From the NCBI GenBank assembly GCA_041308825.1, contig JBFZAU010000121.1, positions 1-42,958 of the forward strand: DNA of 42,958 nt, given 5' to 3'. The position numbers and the translations under genes were made by a program. Within the stretch, counting starts at the first letter, position 1. Each line of letters starts with the position of its first letter. The DNA comes from Candidatus Omnitrophota bacterium. Its GTDB lineage: Bacteria > Omnitrophota > Gorgyraeia > Gygaellales > Profunditerraquicolaceae. Of the stretch, positions 16,678 to 27,697 are shown one piece after another. The notes under the pieces are model-generated. The model was not told the DNA's origin. It saw nothing but the letters and a program-made list of their open reading frames with translations, and did no database searches.

Positions 16678-17183
16678 TATTCGGCCCAGGCCTTACTCGC
16701 TAATTCTTTTTGCGTAATGGTTTTTGTCGGGTAAAGATCGACGATAATTTCCTCCGGCGTAAACCAGAGCTTAATCTCTCTTTCTGCCTCGGAATCATTG
16801 GATGAAACATGCACGACGTTTTCATAAACCCCGTGAGTGGTAATCCGGCCGTAAGATCCGCGGATAGAAGTTGCCTCTGCTTCTTCGGGATTAGTTGCTC
16901 CGGCAAGGGTCCGACATTTAGTAATTGCGTCGCTGCCCCAGTAAACCAAGGCCATGACTTTTTTACGGTCATGTAAATCACCTTGTAAATATTTAATAAT
17001 TTCTCCGAAAAACGGTTTGTCTTTTAAATGTTTATAGTGCTCTTCGGCAAGGGCTTGGGATACGCGCACCATTTTAGCCGCAACAATTTCTAGCTTAGTT
17101 TCGGATAAGCGGGTCAGAATGTTGCCGGTTAATGATTTTTTTAACCCGTCGGGTTTAATTAAAATTAACACTGCCTGTCCCAT
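16677..17183 (-). CDS. ndk: Nucleoside-diphosphate kinase (divergent, with a C-terminal extension)
   Basis: ILIKPDGLKKSLTGNIL, HYKHLKDKPFFGEI, GATNPEEAEATSIRGSYG and NVVHVSSNDSEAEREIKLWF. The catalytic His is retained, but the HGSD motif is altered to HVSS. Confidence 0.8.
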   Translation of the reverse strand: MGQAVLILIKPDGLKKSLTGNILTRLSETKLEIVAAKMVRVSQALAEEHYKHLKDKPFFGEIIKYLQGDLHDRKKVMALVYWGSDAITKCRTLAGATNPEEAEATSIRGSYGRITTHGVYENVVHVSSNDSEAEREIKLWFTPEEIIVDLYPTKTITQKELASKAWAE

Positions 17184-17186
17184 GCG

Positions 17187-18050
17187 CTATTTTCCTCCTT
17201 TAATCACATTCACAATCCGGTTAAGGTCCTCCGGTGAATAAAATTCAACGGTAATATGACCGCGTTTTTTTCTTTTGCTGATCCGCACCTTAGTCGCTAA
17301 GGCGTGCTGTAACTGCTCTTCTAAAATTACCACTAAAGGTTCACGTTGCCCGGCGCCGATACTGCGTTTTACGGATTTAGTCCGGACAGTTTTAATTAAA
17401 TTTTCTAACTCGCGCACCGAAAGCCCTTTGGCAATAATATCTTGGGCGAGTTTGCGCTGATGATTGGAATCTACAACCTCCAATAAAGCCCGTCCGTGGG
17501 CAAAACTGATCCTGCCCTTTTTCATTTCCCCTTGTATTTCGTGCGGCAGTTTGAGTAAACGCAAAGTGTTGGCGATGGAGGCCCGGGATTTACCCAAAAC
17601 TTCACTGATTTTTTCCTGGGTTACTTGAAACTTATCCATGAGATGCTGATAAGCATGTGCTTCTTCAATCGGATTCAATCCTTCCCTTTGGATATTTTCA
17701 ATTAAAGCCAGTTCTAAGGAATCCTGATCATTTACTTCTTTCATTATAACTGGTAACTCTTTGAGCCCCAATGATTTAGCTGCACGCAATCTTCTTTCTC
17801 CGGCGATCAATTCGTAGCTGTCTCCTTTTCGCCGCACTAATAACGGTTGAATCACTCCTTTTTCCCGAATTGATTGCGCAAGCTCGTCGATGTTTTGCTG
17901 AATAAAATCTTCGCGGGGCTGAAAAGGATTTGGCCTAATTTTTTCAATATCCACAAAAAGTATTTCTTCTTTTTTGTGCCCAGTAAGGCTATCCACTGAT
18001 ATTTCGGGAATCAACGCACCCAGTCCTTTACCCAAAGCTTTTCTTTCCAT
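17187..18050 (-). CDS. parB: Chromosome partitioning protein ParB/Spo0J
   Basis: MERKALGKGLGALIP, NPFQPRE, LIAGERRLRAAK and an HTH. The start was moved to ATG 18050, which is preceded by AAGGAG. The ORF-track start is an upstream extension. Confidence 0.92.
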   Translation of the reverse strand: MERKALGKGLGALIPEISVDSLTGHKKEEILFVDIEKIRPNPFQPREDFIQQNIDELAQSIREKGVIQPLLVRRKGDSYELIAGERRLRAAKSLGLKELPVIMKEVNDQDSLELALIENIQREGLNPIEEAHAYQHLMDKFQVTQEKISEVLGKSRASIANTLRLLKLPHEIQGEMKKGRISFAHGRALLEVVDSNHQRKLAQDIIAKGLSVRELENLIKTVRTKSVKRSIGAGQREPLVVILEEQLQHALATKVRISKRKKRGHITVEFYSPEDLNRIVNVIKGGK

Positions 18051-18084
18051 TATTGGCTCCTTCTGCCCGCAATTAGTAGGAATT

Positions 18085-18894
18085 TTATGGCTTAATATTC
18101 TTTTCCGCCCTCTCAACACTCATCTTAGAATCCAAAGATAGCCCCAATATTTCCCGACAGAGATCTTGATATTTTTGCGCCCCCAAAGAATCCCGGTCAT
18201 ATAATGCAATTGGCTGACCAAAGCTGGGAGCTTCAGTTAAACGTATATTTCTAGGAATTACAGTTTGGTAAACTTTTTCGTGGAAATGATTGCGCGCTTC
18301 TTGAATCACCTCTTTGGTCAAGTTTGTGCGAAAATCAGCCATCGTCAACAACACGCCTTCAACCGTTAGCGCCGAATTAAGATTCTCTTTTACAAGTTTA
18401 ATCGTATTATGGAGTTGTGTTAAACCTTCCAAGGCATAATATTCACACTGCACAGGTATAATTACTGAATCAGCAGCGCACAAACCATTAATTGTAAGTA
18501 ACCCTAAAGATGGCGGACAATCAATGATCGTAAAATCATAATTTTCTTTTTCCTGTTGCAAAGCACGTTTCAATCTATATTCTCTGCCCAGTGCCCCTAC
18601 CAATTCCACTTCGGCACCGGTTAAATCCAGATTAGACGGAGCCAACACTAAATTATCAATGTTTGTTTTTTGCAGGATGTCGGAAAATTTAGCCTCTTCT
18701 AATAGAATATGGTAGGTGCTTTTTTGAATGTCATGTTTATTGATCCCGATCCCGCTGGTAGCATTCGCTTGGGGATCCAAATCTATTAGCATTACCTTTT
18801 TGGCGGCCAAGGCTAAAAAAGCCGCCAGATTAATCGAGGTAGTGGTTTTGCCTACCCCACCCTTTTGATTACAAATTGCAATAATTTTACCCAT
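18085..18894 (-). CDS. parA: Chromosome partitioning ATPase ParA/Soj
   Basis: MGKIIAICNQKGGVGKTTTSINLA contains the deviant Walker A. The start was moved to ATG 18894, because the ORF-track extension translates through a parS site. Confidence 0.92.
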   Translation of the reverse strand: MGKIIAICNQKGGVGKTTTSINLAAFLALAAKKVMLIDLDPQANATSGIGINKHDIQKSTYHILLEEAKFSDILQKTNIDNLVLAPSNLDLTGAEVELVGALGREYRLKRALQQEKENYDFTIIDCPPSLGLLTINGLCAADSVIIPVQCEYYALEGLTQLHNTIKLVKENLNSALTVEGVLLTMADFRTNLTKEVIQEARNHFHEKVYQTVIPRNIRLTEAPSFGQPIALYDRDSLGAQKYQDLCREILGLSLDSKMSVERAEKNIKP

Positions 18895-18916
18895 TGATAT
18901 TACTTCAGTTAGAGAA

Positions 18917-18932
18917 TGTTCCACGCGGAACA
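18917..18932. promoter_or_regulatory. parS-like centromere site 1
   Basis: TGTTCCACGCGGAACA matches the consensus TGTTTCACGTGAAACA at 13 of 16 positions and is near-palindromic. Confidence 0.7.
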
Positions 18933-18959
18933 CTCCACCTACTCTTCAGGTATATAAAA

Positions 18960-18975
18960 TGTTCCACGCGGAACA
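18960..18975. promoter_or_regulatory. parS-like centromere site 2
   Basis: An identical 16-mer, TGTTCCACGCGGAACA, lies 43 bp from site 1. Confidence 0.7.
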
Positions 18976-18990
18976 TTTATTGCTTAAGAT

Positions 18991-19019
18991 TATTATCCTA
19001 AAATTAACCACTTTGTCAA
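18991..19019 (-). promoter_or_regulatory. Sigma70-like promoter for parAB
   Basis: Minus strand TTGACA (19019-19014), a 17-nt spacer, then ATAATA (18996-18991). Both parS sites fall in the predicted 5' UTR. Confidence 0.5.
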
Positions 19020-19023
19020 GCGG

Positions 19024-19215
19024 TTATTTACCTTCAATTACGCTAATGCGCACTTTTGCCGGTTTAGCGCCGGGCATACCAAATAAACCCTTCTTCTCTT
19101 CGGATAAGCTTTCGATTTTAACTTGATTGCGATTTAGTTTTAACTTCGCTAGCGCCTTCTCAATCGCCTCCTCAACCGTTTTGCCTTCTGATTCTACATA
19201 TTTGACTTTTTTCAT
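19024..19215 (-). CDS. Jag_N-domain-only protein (KhpB/Jag N-terminal homologue, 63 aa)
   Basis: GKTVEEAIEKALAKLKLNRNQVKIE...KKGLFGMPGAKPAKVRI matches the Jag N-terminal domain and sits in the canonical position after yidC. No KH or R3H domains are present. Confidence 0.7.
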   Translation of the reverse strand: MKKVKYVESEGKTVEEAIEKALAKLKLNRNQVKIESLSEEKKGLFGMPGAKPAKVRISVIEGK

Positions 19216-20741
19216 GTTTTTCTATGAATACGAGCTTGGTAAATCAACATTAGTATGCTATTAACAAACCAATAAAGCACTAATCCCGACGGCATTTGAT
19301 AAAATATTACTCCAAACATAATCGGCATAATAATTGCCATCATCTTCTGCTGCTGCGCAGCTTCACCGGTTGCCTGTGGCGAAGCCACCTTTTGTTGTAT
19401 AAACATCCCGATCGCCATTAATATTGGTAAAATATTGATCTGATTGCCTATAAAAGGAATCGAATTTTTTAACACAAACGCCTGGTCAGGAGCTGATAAA
19501 TCCTTGATCCATAAAAAATGAGCTCCTCTTAAGGCAGATGAGCGCATTAACGCCTGATATAAAGCAAAGAAAATGGGCATTTGGAGCAAAAGTGGCAAAC
19601 ATCCGCCTAAAGGATTAACTTTATGCTGACGGTACAGCTCCATGATTTCTTTATTCAATTTTTGCGGGTTATCTTTATACTCCTTACGCAGCGCCTCGAC
19701 CTTGGGTTGTACAAGCTGCATCTCCTTCATAGAGCGCATCTGCTTCATGGAAAGCGGGAACAATAAAAAATAAACCGCCATGCTTAAAATAATAATAGCT
19801 ACTCCCCAATTATGCACCAAATTAAAGAAAAACAGTAATAATTGCATTAAAATTTGCGCGATAAAGTCAAATGTCCCAAAATAAATAATCCCGGACCATT
19901 CGGGATTGATTTTATTAATTACTTTTAAATCCTGCGGCCCTAAATAGATACGCAATAAATGTCCAATCTGACCATTGGCTTGTACACTGAAACTGGGATA
20001 AATTAAACCGACCTCTGATTCATGAGGAGTGATTTTTTTAATGTATGCTTCGGTGATAATTTTGTCCGGCTCGATAATTGTACAAAAATATTGATCTCTT
20101 AAACCAAGGAACTGAATATTCCCCCTACTGAAATTTTTTCCGGGGGAAAGATGTATGGATTTTTCATTGGTTCCTAAAAATATATCCTGATACCTGGCTT
20201 GGGGATTTTTTGTAGAAAGATCCATCCGGCCTAGCACTAATTGCGGTGTTAGAGTTACTATAGAATTGGTTAAATTATAAATTATTGTTTCTAACTCTAT
20301 GTAATAGCTATCTTTAGGAATATAAAACTTCTTAATGATACGCTGATTTTTATCTTCTGCAATGAACGTAATCGATTCTTCGGTGCGGCTTTGCAGTTTA
20401 AAGGCAATCTCATTGTTCATGAGCAACCCCGCTTTTAGCGGCAATTGGTGATCTTTTCCTTCTTTGAAAAGAATCTCTATGATAGAAGCATTGGCCGGGT
20501 TAAAAACTATTTCCCGGTTTTTTTGAATAAACCGGATCGTTTCTTTGATAGGCTCCGTCTCGACCATGGCGACAGGGGATGGTAATGCCGCCGGAACGAT
20601 GCTCGACACAGCAGCGGATAGAGGAGGAGATATAGTCCTAACCTCTTGTTTACCAACTATTTGGGGCTTTGGAAACAAGACCGACCAGCCTAATAATACC
20701 AGAAGGGATAAAGCAATCGCCAACACTAAACGTTTTTCCAT
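19212..20741 (-). CDS. yidC: Membrane protein insertase YidC
   Basis: An N-terminal TM helix and a large periplasmic domain are followed by the conserved core (MRSMKEMQLVQPKVEALRKEYKDNPQKLNKEIMELYRQHKVNPLGGCLP). Confidence 0.93.
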   Translation of the reverse strand: MEKRLVLAIALSLLVLLGWSVLFPKPQIVGKQEVRTISPPLSAAVSSIVPAALPSPVAMVETEPIKETIRFIQKNREIVFNPANASIIEILFKEGKDHQLPLKAGLLMNNEIAFKLQSRTEESITFIAEDKNQRIIKKFYIPKDSYYIELETIIYNLTNSIVTLTPQLVLGRMDLSTKNPQARYQDIFLGTNEKSIHLSPGKNFSRGNIQFLGLRDQYFCTIIEPDKIITEAYIKKITPHESEVGLIYPSFSVQANGQIGHLLRIYLGPQDLKVINKINPEWSGIIYFGTFDFIAQILMQLLLFFFNLVHNWGVAIIILSMAVYFLLFPLSMKQMRSMKEMQLVQPKVEALRKEYKDNPQKLNKEIMELYRQHKVNPLGGCLPLLLQMPIFFALYQALMRSSALRGAHFLWIKDLSAPDQAFVLKNSIPFIGNQINILPILMAIGMFIQQKVASPQATGEAAQQQKMMAIIMPIMFGVIFYQMPSGLVLYWFVNSILMLIYQARIHRKT

Positions 20742-20746
20742 AAGTT

Positions 20747-20983
20747 TTATTTTAGGGGGTCATAACCTGACTTGCCTGAAAAAGGATGGCAACAAGAAAT
20801 TCTGATTATTCCCTTTAATCCTCCGTTAATTAAGCCATATTTTGTAATCGCCTGTTTTACGTATTCCGAACAGCCCGGCTCAAAACGACAGCTGGGCGGA
20901 TACAGCGGCCTTAAGTATTTTTGATACAGCCCGATCAGCTTGAGTATAAGAGTTGCCGGATTTAACCGGGAGATTACGCTCAT
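20747..20983 (-). CDS. yidD: Membrane protein insertion efficiency factor YidD
   Basis: LIGLYQKYLRPLYPPSCRFEPGCSEYVKQAITKYG. The start was set to ATG 20983, which overlaps the rpmH stop (TAATG). Confidence 0.88.
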   Translation of the reverse strand: MSVISRLNPATLILKLIGLYQKYLRPLYPPSCRFEPGCSEYVKQAITKYGLINGGLKGIIRISCCHPFSGKSGYDPLK

Positions 20984-21120
20984 TAAACGCAAAGGCGCTT
21001 TCTGCCCTTGCTCCGTCGACGGGCGAGGAGCTTGCGCCCCGCCTTCGAACTCATTTTACTGCGGAAACCGTGGCGTTTTTTACCCACGATATTGGTAGGT
21101 GTTTTTAAATTTTTCTTCAT
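20983..21120 (-). CDS. rpmH: 50S ribosomal protein L34 (below the ORF-track size cut-off)
   Basis: Manual translation gives [45 protein letters not shown], the L34 signature. Confidence 0.9.
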   Translation of the reverse strand: MKKNLKTPTNIVGKKRHGFRSKMSSKAGRKLLARRRSKGRKRLCV

Positions 21121-21175
21121 GCCCTTGTTCTCCCTTGCCTATCTCCGTATTTCAGCTTTCACGGAAGATAATAAA

Positions 21176-21184
21176 TTATCCACA
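21176..21184 (+). promoter_or_regulatory. Perfect DnaA box
   Basis: TTATCCACA, located in the predicted rpmH 5' UTR. Confidence 0.7.
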
Positions 21185-21214
21185 TTTTTAGTTGCGTGGT
21201 TTTTGATTTTGTGA

Positions 21215-21243
21215 ATTGTAACACACATTTCCCGACAGGTCAA
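21215..21243 (-). promoter_or_regulatory. Sigma70-like promoter for rpmH-yidD-yidC
   Basis: Minus strand TTGACC (21243-21238), a 17-nt spacer, then TACAAT (21220-21215). Confidence 0.5.
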
Positions 21244-21251
21244 GTTTTTTA

Positions 21252-21279
21252 TTGACGATTGTCTGTATTGTTATATAAT
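21252..21279 (+). promoter_or_regulatory. Sigma70-like promoter dnaA P1
   Basis: TTGACG, a 16-nt spacer, then TATAAT. It lies back-to-back with the rpmH promoter, with 8 bp between the two -35 elements. Confidence 0.55.
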
Positions 21280-21301
21280 AACTGACGTTTAACTTTTTTG
21301 C

Positions 21302-21329
21302 TTGCAAGGTTTTTAGTCTTTGTTATAAT
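21302..21329 (+). promoter_or_regulatory. Sigma70-like promoter dnaA P2
   Basis: TTGCAA, a 16-nt spacer, then TATAAT. The DnaA-box cluster starts about 30 nt downstream. Confidence 0.55.
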
Positions 21330-21360
21330 GGCTTTGTTCGCGCTAAGCTGGCTGTAATTT

Positions 21361-21411
21361 TTATCCACAGATTTATACAAGCTGTGTATAAACTGTGGAT
21401 TCTGTGGGCAT
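21361..21411. promoter_or_regulatory. DnaA-box cluster (oriC / dnaA autoregulatory region)
   Basis: TTATCCACA at 21361-21369 (perfect). Reverse-strand TTATACACA at 21383-21391 (1 mismatch), GAATCCACA at 21394-21402 (2 mismatches) and ATGCCCACA at 21403-21411 (3 mismatches). Together they form an imperfect palindrome of about 45 bp. Confidence 0.7.
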
Positions 21412-21509
21412 ACCAGTAACTCCTCCGGCCATCGTTAGTTAGGCGGTTACAGGGTAGATCTGCCGACGTCAAAAGCAGCTTTTTTGTACTGTATTTTCGA
21501 GAGGAAACC

Positions 21510-22847
21510 ATGTCGGAATTAATCTGCATCTGGGAAGAGACCCAAAATAATTTAAAGGCCGCGTTGGGGGATACAACCTATGCTACCTGGATTGCGCCGC
21601 TTAAGCCGCTTGCACAGGATGAGCATACAATTATCCTGCAGGCGCCGGATCAATTTTTTAAAGACTGGGTGGAAAAACATTATCTCAACCTGATTCAAGA
21701 CACCCTGAAAGCCCGCGGCTTGAATAATCTGTTGGTAAGCTTGGTTGTCAACAGCGCATTGGCCGATACAACTAATATCCCGCCGATCGCAGATTCCCTG
21801 CCTAAACCGATTACCGGTTCCGGATTTATTAATCTTAACTCGCGTTACACTTTTGAAAACTTCGTGATCGGGGGAGGTAATCGCCATGCGCACGCCTATT
21901 CTCTGGCGGTAGCCAATACCCCGGCCAAAACCTATAACCCGTTATTTATTTACGGCGGGGTCGGACTGGGCAAAACACATTTAATCCAGGCAATTTGCCA
22001 TCAGATTAAAAACAGTGTCGGTCCGAACGTTAAGATATGTTACGTATCGAGTGAGCGTTTTACCAATGAATTAATCGATGCCATTGTCCACCGCTCAACC
22101 GCCGCCTTCCGGCAGAAATATCGTAATCTGGATGTTTTGGTCATTGATGATATCCACTTTATCGCCGGCAAGGAATCAACTCAGGAAGAATTTTTCCATA
22201 CTTTCAATACTTTATATGACGCGCATAAACAAATTGTGTTTTCCTCGGATCGGCCGCCTAAAGAAATTACGAATTTACAGGAAAGGTTGGTTTCCCGGTT
22301 TGGTTGGGGGTTGGCCACCGACATCCAACCGCCTGATTTAGAAACTCGGGTCGCAATTCTTAAGAAAAAAATCGAAAGAGAGCCAGTGCAAGTCCCGGAT
22401 GAGGTTATTTTTTTTATTGCCCAGCTTATCAAAACCAATATCCGCGAATTAGAGGGAGCGTTAATCAGAACCATTGCCTATTCTTTATTAGAAGAGGCCC
22501 CGGTCACATTAGATTTAGCCAAAGAAGTACTGAAGGATTTGCTCAAAGAACCGGCTAAACTCATTACAATAGATTTTATTCAGCGCTGTGTGGTGGAAGA
22601 GTTTGGTATTTCTGTGCAAGATTTAAAAACTAAGCGGCGCAATAAACAGGTGGTTTTTCCCCGACAGGTTGCCATGTATTTAAGCCGAGAGCTTACGGAG
22701 CTGTCTTTACCGGAAATTGGTGAATTGTTTGGGGGGAAGGATCATACTACTGTATTGCATTCATATAAAAAGATCAAAGAAGACCTTTATAACAACCCTG
22801 AACTAAAAGAACGAGTGGAAAAAATTATACAAGTGATTAAACAATAG
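21510..22847 (+). CDS. dnaA: Chromosomal replication initiator protein DnaA
   Basis: AAA+ core NPLFIYGGVGLGKTHL, LVIDDIHFIAGKESTQEEFFHTFN and a C-terminal DNA-binding domain (FGGKDHTTVLHSYKKI). Confidence 0.97.
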   Translation: MSELICIWEETQNNLKAALGDTTYATWIAPLKPLAQDEHTIILQAPDQFFKDWVEKHYLNLIQDTLKARGLNNLLVSLVVNSALADTTNIPPIADSLPKPITGSGFINLNSRYTFENFVIGGGNRHAHAYSLAVANTPAKTYNPLFIYGGVGLGKTHLIQAICHQIKNSVGPNVKICYVSSERFTNELIDAIVHRSTAAFRQKYRNLDVLVIDDIHFIAGKESTQEEFFHTFNTLYDAHKQIVFSSDRPPKEITNLQERLVSRFGWGLATDIQPPDLETRVAILKKKIEREPVQVPDEVIFFIAQLIKTNIRELEGALIRTIAYSLLEEAPVTLDLAKEVLKDLLKEPAKLITIDFIQRCVVEEFGISVQDLKTKRRNKQVVFPRQVAMYLSRELTELSLPEIGELFGGKDHTTVLHSYKKIKEDLYNNPELKERVEKIIQVIKQ

Positions 22848-22908
22848 TCCCCAGTTTGTTCAGGATGGATTTTGTTAGTAAATCTTACAATAACAATAAG
22901 TTATATGT

Positions 22909-22975
22909 TTGTCCACATGTTTTTATTGTATTACGATTATTACTGTTTTAAGTTTTTAAATATATAAATAGAAGG
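22909..22975. promoter_or_regulatory. DnaA box variant plus an AT-rich tract between dnaA and dnaN (candidate unwinding element)
   Basis: TTGTCCACA at 22909-22917 (1 mismatch) is followed by about 58 nt of very AT-rich sequence (tgtttttattgtattacgattattactgttttaagtttttaaatatataaatag). Confidence 0.35.
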
Positions 22976-22985
22976 AGAATGCCAA

Positions 22986-24077
22986 ATGAAGTTTAAAGTT
23001 GAAAAAAGTAATTTAATTAATGCTTTGCAGACCGTACAAAACGTTATTACTACTAAATCTGCCTTACCAATTCTTTCTCATATATTAATGGAAGCACAAT
23101 CCGGGGTTTTAAAATTAACTGCCACAGATTTGGATATTGGAATAACCTGTGTAATTCCTGTGGATATCCAAGAGGCCGGCGCCATCACAGTACCGGCCAA
23201 AAGGTTTAGTGATATTATTAAAGAATTTCCGGTAGAAATAATCAATGTGGCGATTAAAAAAAACAACCAGGTTACTATTGATTCGGATATGTGTCAATTC
23301 AAGATTATGGGTTTAGTGAAAGAGGAATTCCCAAAACTGCCGGAATTTAAGGATCGCAAAGCGATTAAGATAGATCAACAAGTATTTAAACAAATATTAT
23401 CATTAACCTCCTTTGCGGTTTCTTTAGATGAAACCCGCTATGTCTTAAACGGTATTTTATTTAAAATCAGTAAAAATATTTTGACACTGGTATCAACCGA
23501 TGGGAAAAGGCTGGCGATTGCCGAACGGAAATTAACCGCCGAATCAGATGCAGAAATCAGTATGATTGTCCCGCTTAAAACTATTCATGAACTCAACCGT
23601 TCTTTACAGGATTCCGGCGAGCTATCTCTGGTAGTAAGCAGTAATCAGGCGCTTTTTGACCTGGGTAATGTGGGGATTGTTTCCCGTCTTATTGAGGGGG
23701 AGTTTCCAGACTATAAACAGGTAGTGCCGCCGGTATCGGAAAATAAAATGAAGGTGGATCGGAACCAGTTATTATTAGCAGTAAAAAGAGCGGCATTACT
23801 GGCTACTGTGGATTATCAGGCGGTAAAGCTCGAGGTATTTAAGAATAAATTAGCCATCTCTAAATCTACCCCGGATGTAGGTGAATTTCATGAAGAGCTA
23901 CCGGTTGAATATCAGGGGCGGGAGCTGGTGATTGGATTTAACCCGGTTTACTTAATTGATATTTTAAAAAATTTAAACGATGAAACAGTCAGTATTGAAT
24001 TGGTGGATGGAGAAAAACCGGGGGTGGTTAGGATTAGCGGTTATGTTTATATAGTTTTGCCGATGCGTCTTAATTAA
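22986..24077 (+). CDS. dnaN: DNA polymerase III beta sliding clamp
   Basis: Three-domain 363-aa protein. Supporting segments are MKFKVEKSNLINALQTVQNVI...ILSHILMEA, TDGKRLA and the C-terminal VLPMRL. Confidence 0.95.
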   Translation: MKFKVEKSNLINALQTVQNVITTKSALPILSHILMEAQSGVLKLTATDLDIGITCVIPVDIQEAGAITVPAKRFSDIIKEFPVEIINVAIKKNNQVTIDSDMCQFKIMGLVKEEFPKLPEFKDRKAIKIDQQVFKQILSLTSFAVSLDETRYVLNGILFKISKNILTLVSTDGKRLAIAERKLTAESDAEISMIVPLKTIHELNRSLQDSGELSLVVSSNQALFDLGNVGIVSRLIEGEFPDYKQVVPPVSENKMKVDRNQLLLAVKRAALLATVDYQAVKLEVFKNKLAISKSTPDVGEFHEELPVEYQGRELVIGFNPVYLIDILKNLNDETVSIELVDGEKPGVVRISGYVYIVLPMRLN

Positions 24078-24081
24078 TAGT

Positions 24082-26861
<2,780 letters not shown>

Positions 26862-26863
26862 TC

Positions 26864-27697
26864 ATGGATATGACTATGCCGAAAGGAAATAATAAGCCGC
26901 CAGTTCATCCCGTGGAAATTTTCCGCCAAAGCTTTACATTCTACCGGCAGAACCTTGCTAAGCTAAGCGCAATCTACGTGATTTTTAATCTGCCGCTTAC
27001 CCTGCTATCTTTAACCCCGCAGATCAAGGCTGTACAAAATCAAAAACCGACCTTAGCAACCTGGGTTTGGTTTTTATTGCTCATCCTCTGCAGTAGCTGG
27101 GGGCATATTGCGTTATTGTTGGGTGCGCAAAAGCCGGTTACGGGGCAAACTTGCACCGCCTGGCAAAGTATCAGCCAGGGGCAGCGGATGTTGGTCAAGT
27201 ATTTAGCATTAATCACCGGCATATTTTTATTTATCGTCGGCCTGTTGGTCACCGGGATGGTGTTGGGCTTGCTCGTAACATTATTGTCCAAAGTGAGCAT
27301 GATCTTGGTTATTTTGCTCTACGTGTTATTGTTAGTAGCGGTTATTTGTCTTTTGGTCTATTTTTTGCTACGCTGGTCTTTGGCTTCGGCGGTATGTGTT
27401 TTTGAACAAACCTGGCCGGTTCCCGCTTTAAACCAGAGCCTGGTTTTGCTTAAAAATTATATCGATCCTTTAACCGGCCTGTATGGATTGATGCTCCTGG
27501 CTTACGGAATTGGATTACTGCCGGTCATACTGGTCCAGGTAATGGCGGGGGCCAACGCAGAAAATCCGGCTGTCCAAACCGGTATAACTTTGTATTTATT
27601 TCTGGTGAATACGGTGCTGGCCACGTTATGGGCTACGGTCACGGTAGGATTATACAAAAAATTAAAGGAAATCGCAGGAACCCATGTACACGCGTAA
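26864..27697 (+). CDS. Hypothetical polytopic membrane protein inserted between gyrB and gyrA
   Basis: A 277-aa protein with at least 6 hydrophobic helices. It overlaps the gyrA start by 14 nt. I recognise no family. Confidence 0.55.
   Translation: MDMTMPKGNNKPPVHPVEIFRQSFTFYRQNLAKLSAIYVIFNLPLTLLSLTPQIKAVQNQKPTLATWVWFLLLILCSSWGHIALLLGAQKPVTGQTCTAWQSISQGQRMLVKYLALITGIFLFIVGLLVTGMVLGLLVTLLSKVSMILVILLYVLLLVAVICLLVYFLLRWSLASAVCVFEQTWPVPALNQSLVLLKNYIDPLTGLYGLMLLAYGIGLLPVILVQVMAGANAENPAVQTGITLYLFLVNTVLATLWATVTVGLYKKLKEIAGTHVHA

Noticed and set aside
18895-18933. N-terminal extensions of ORF-track genes: parA 18933, parB 18119, gyrB 24264, glmS 30510, rplT 10666
   Set aside because: In each case a conserved family N-terminus with a proper SD begins at an internal ATG. 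The extensions overlap the upstream gene, a parS site or a leader.
21323-21529. The 68-aa minus-strand ORF and the 21008-21214 plus-strand ORF in the origin region
   Set aside because: The first spans the DnaA-box cluster and the dnaA start. The second is antisense to rpmH. Neither has an RBS or recognisable protein features.
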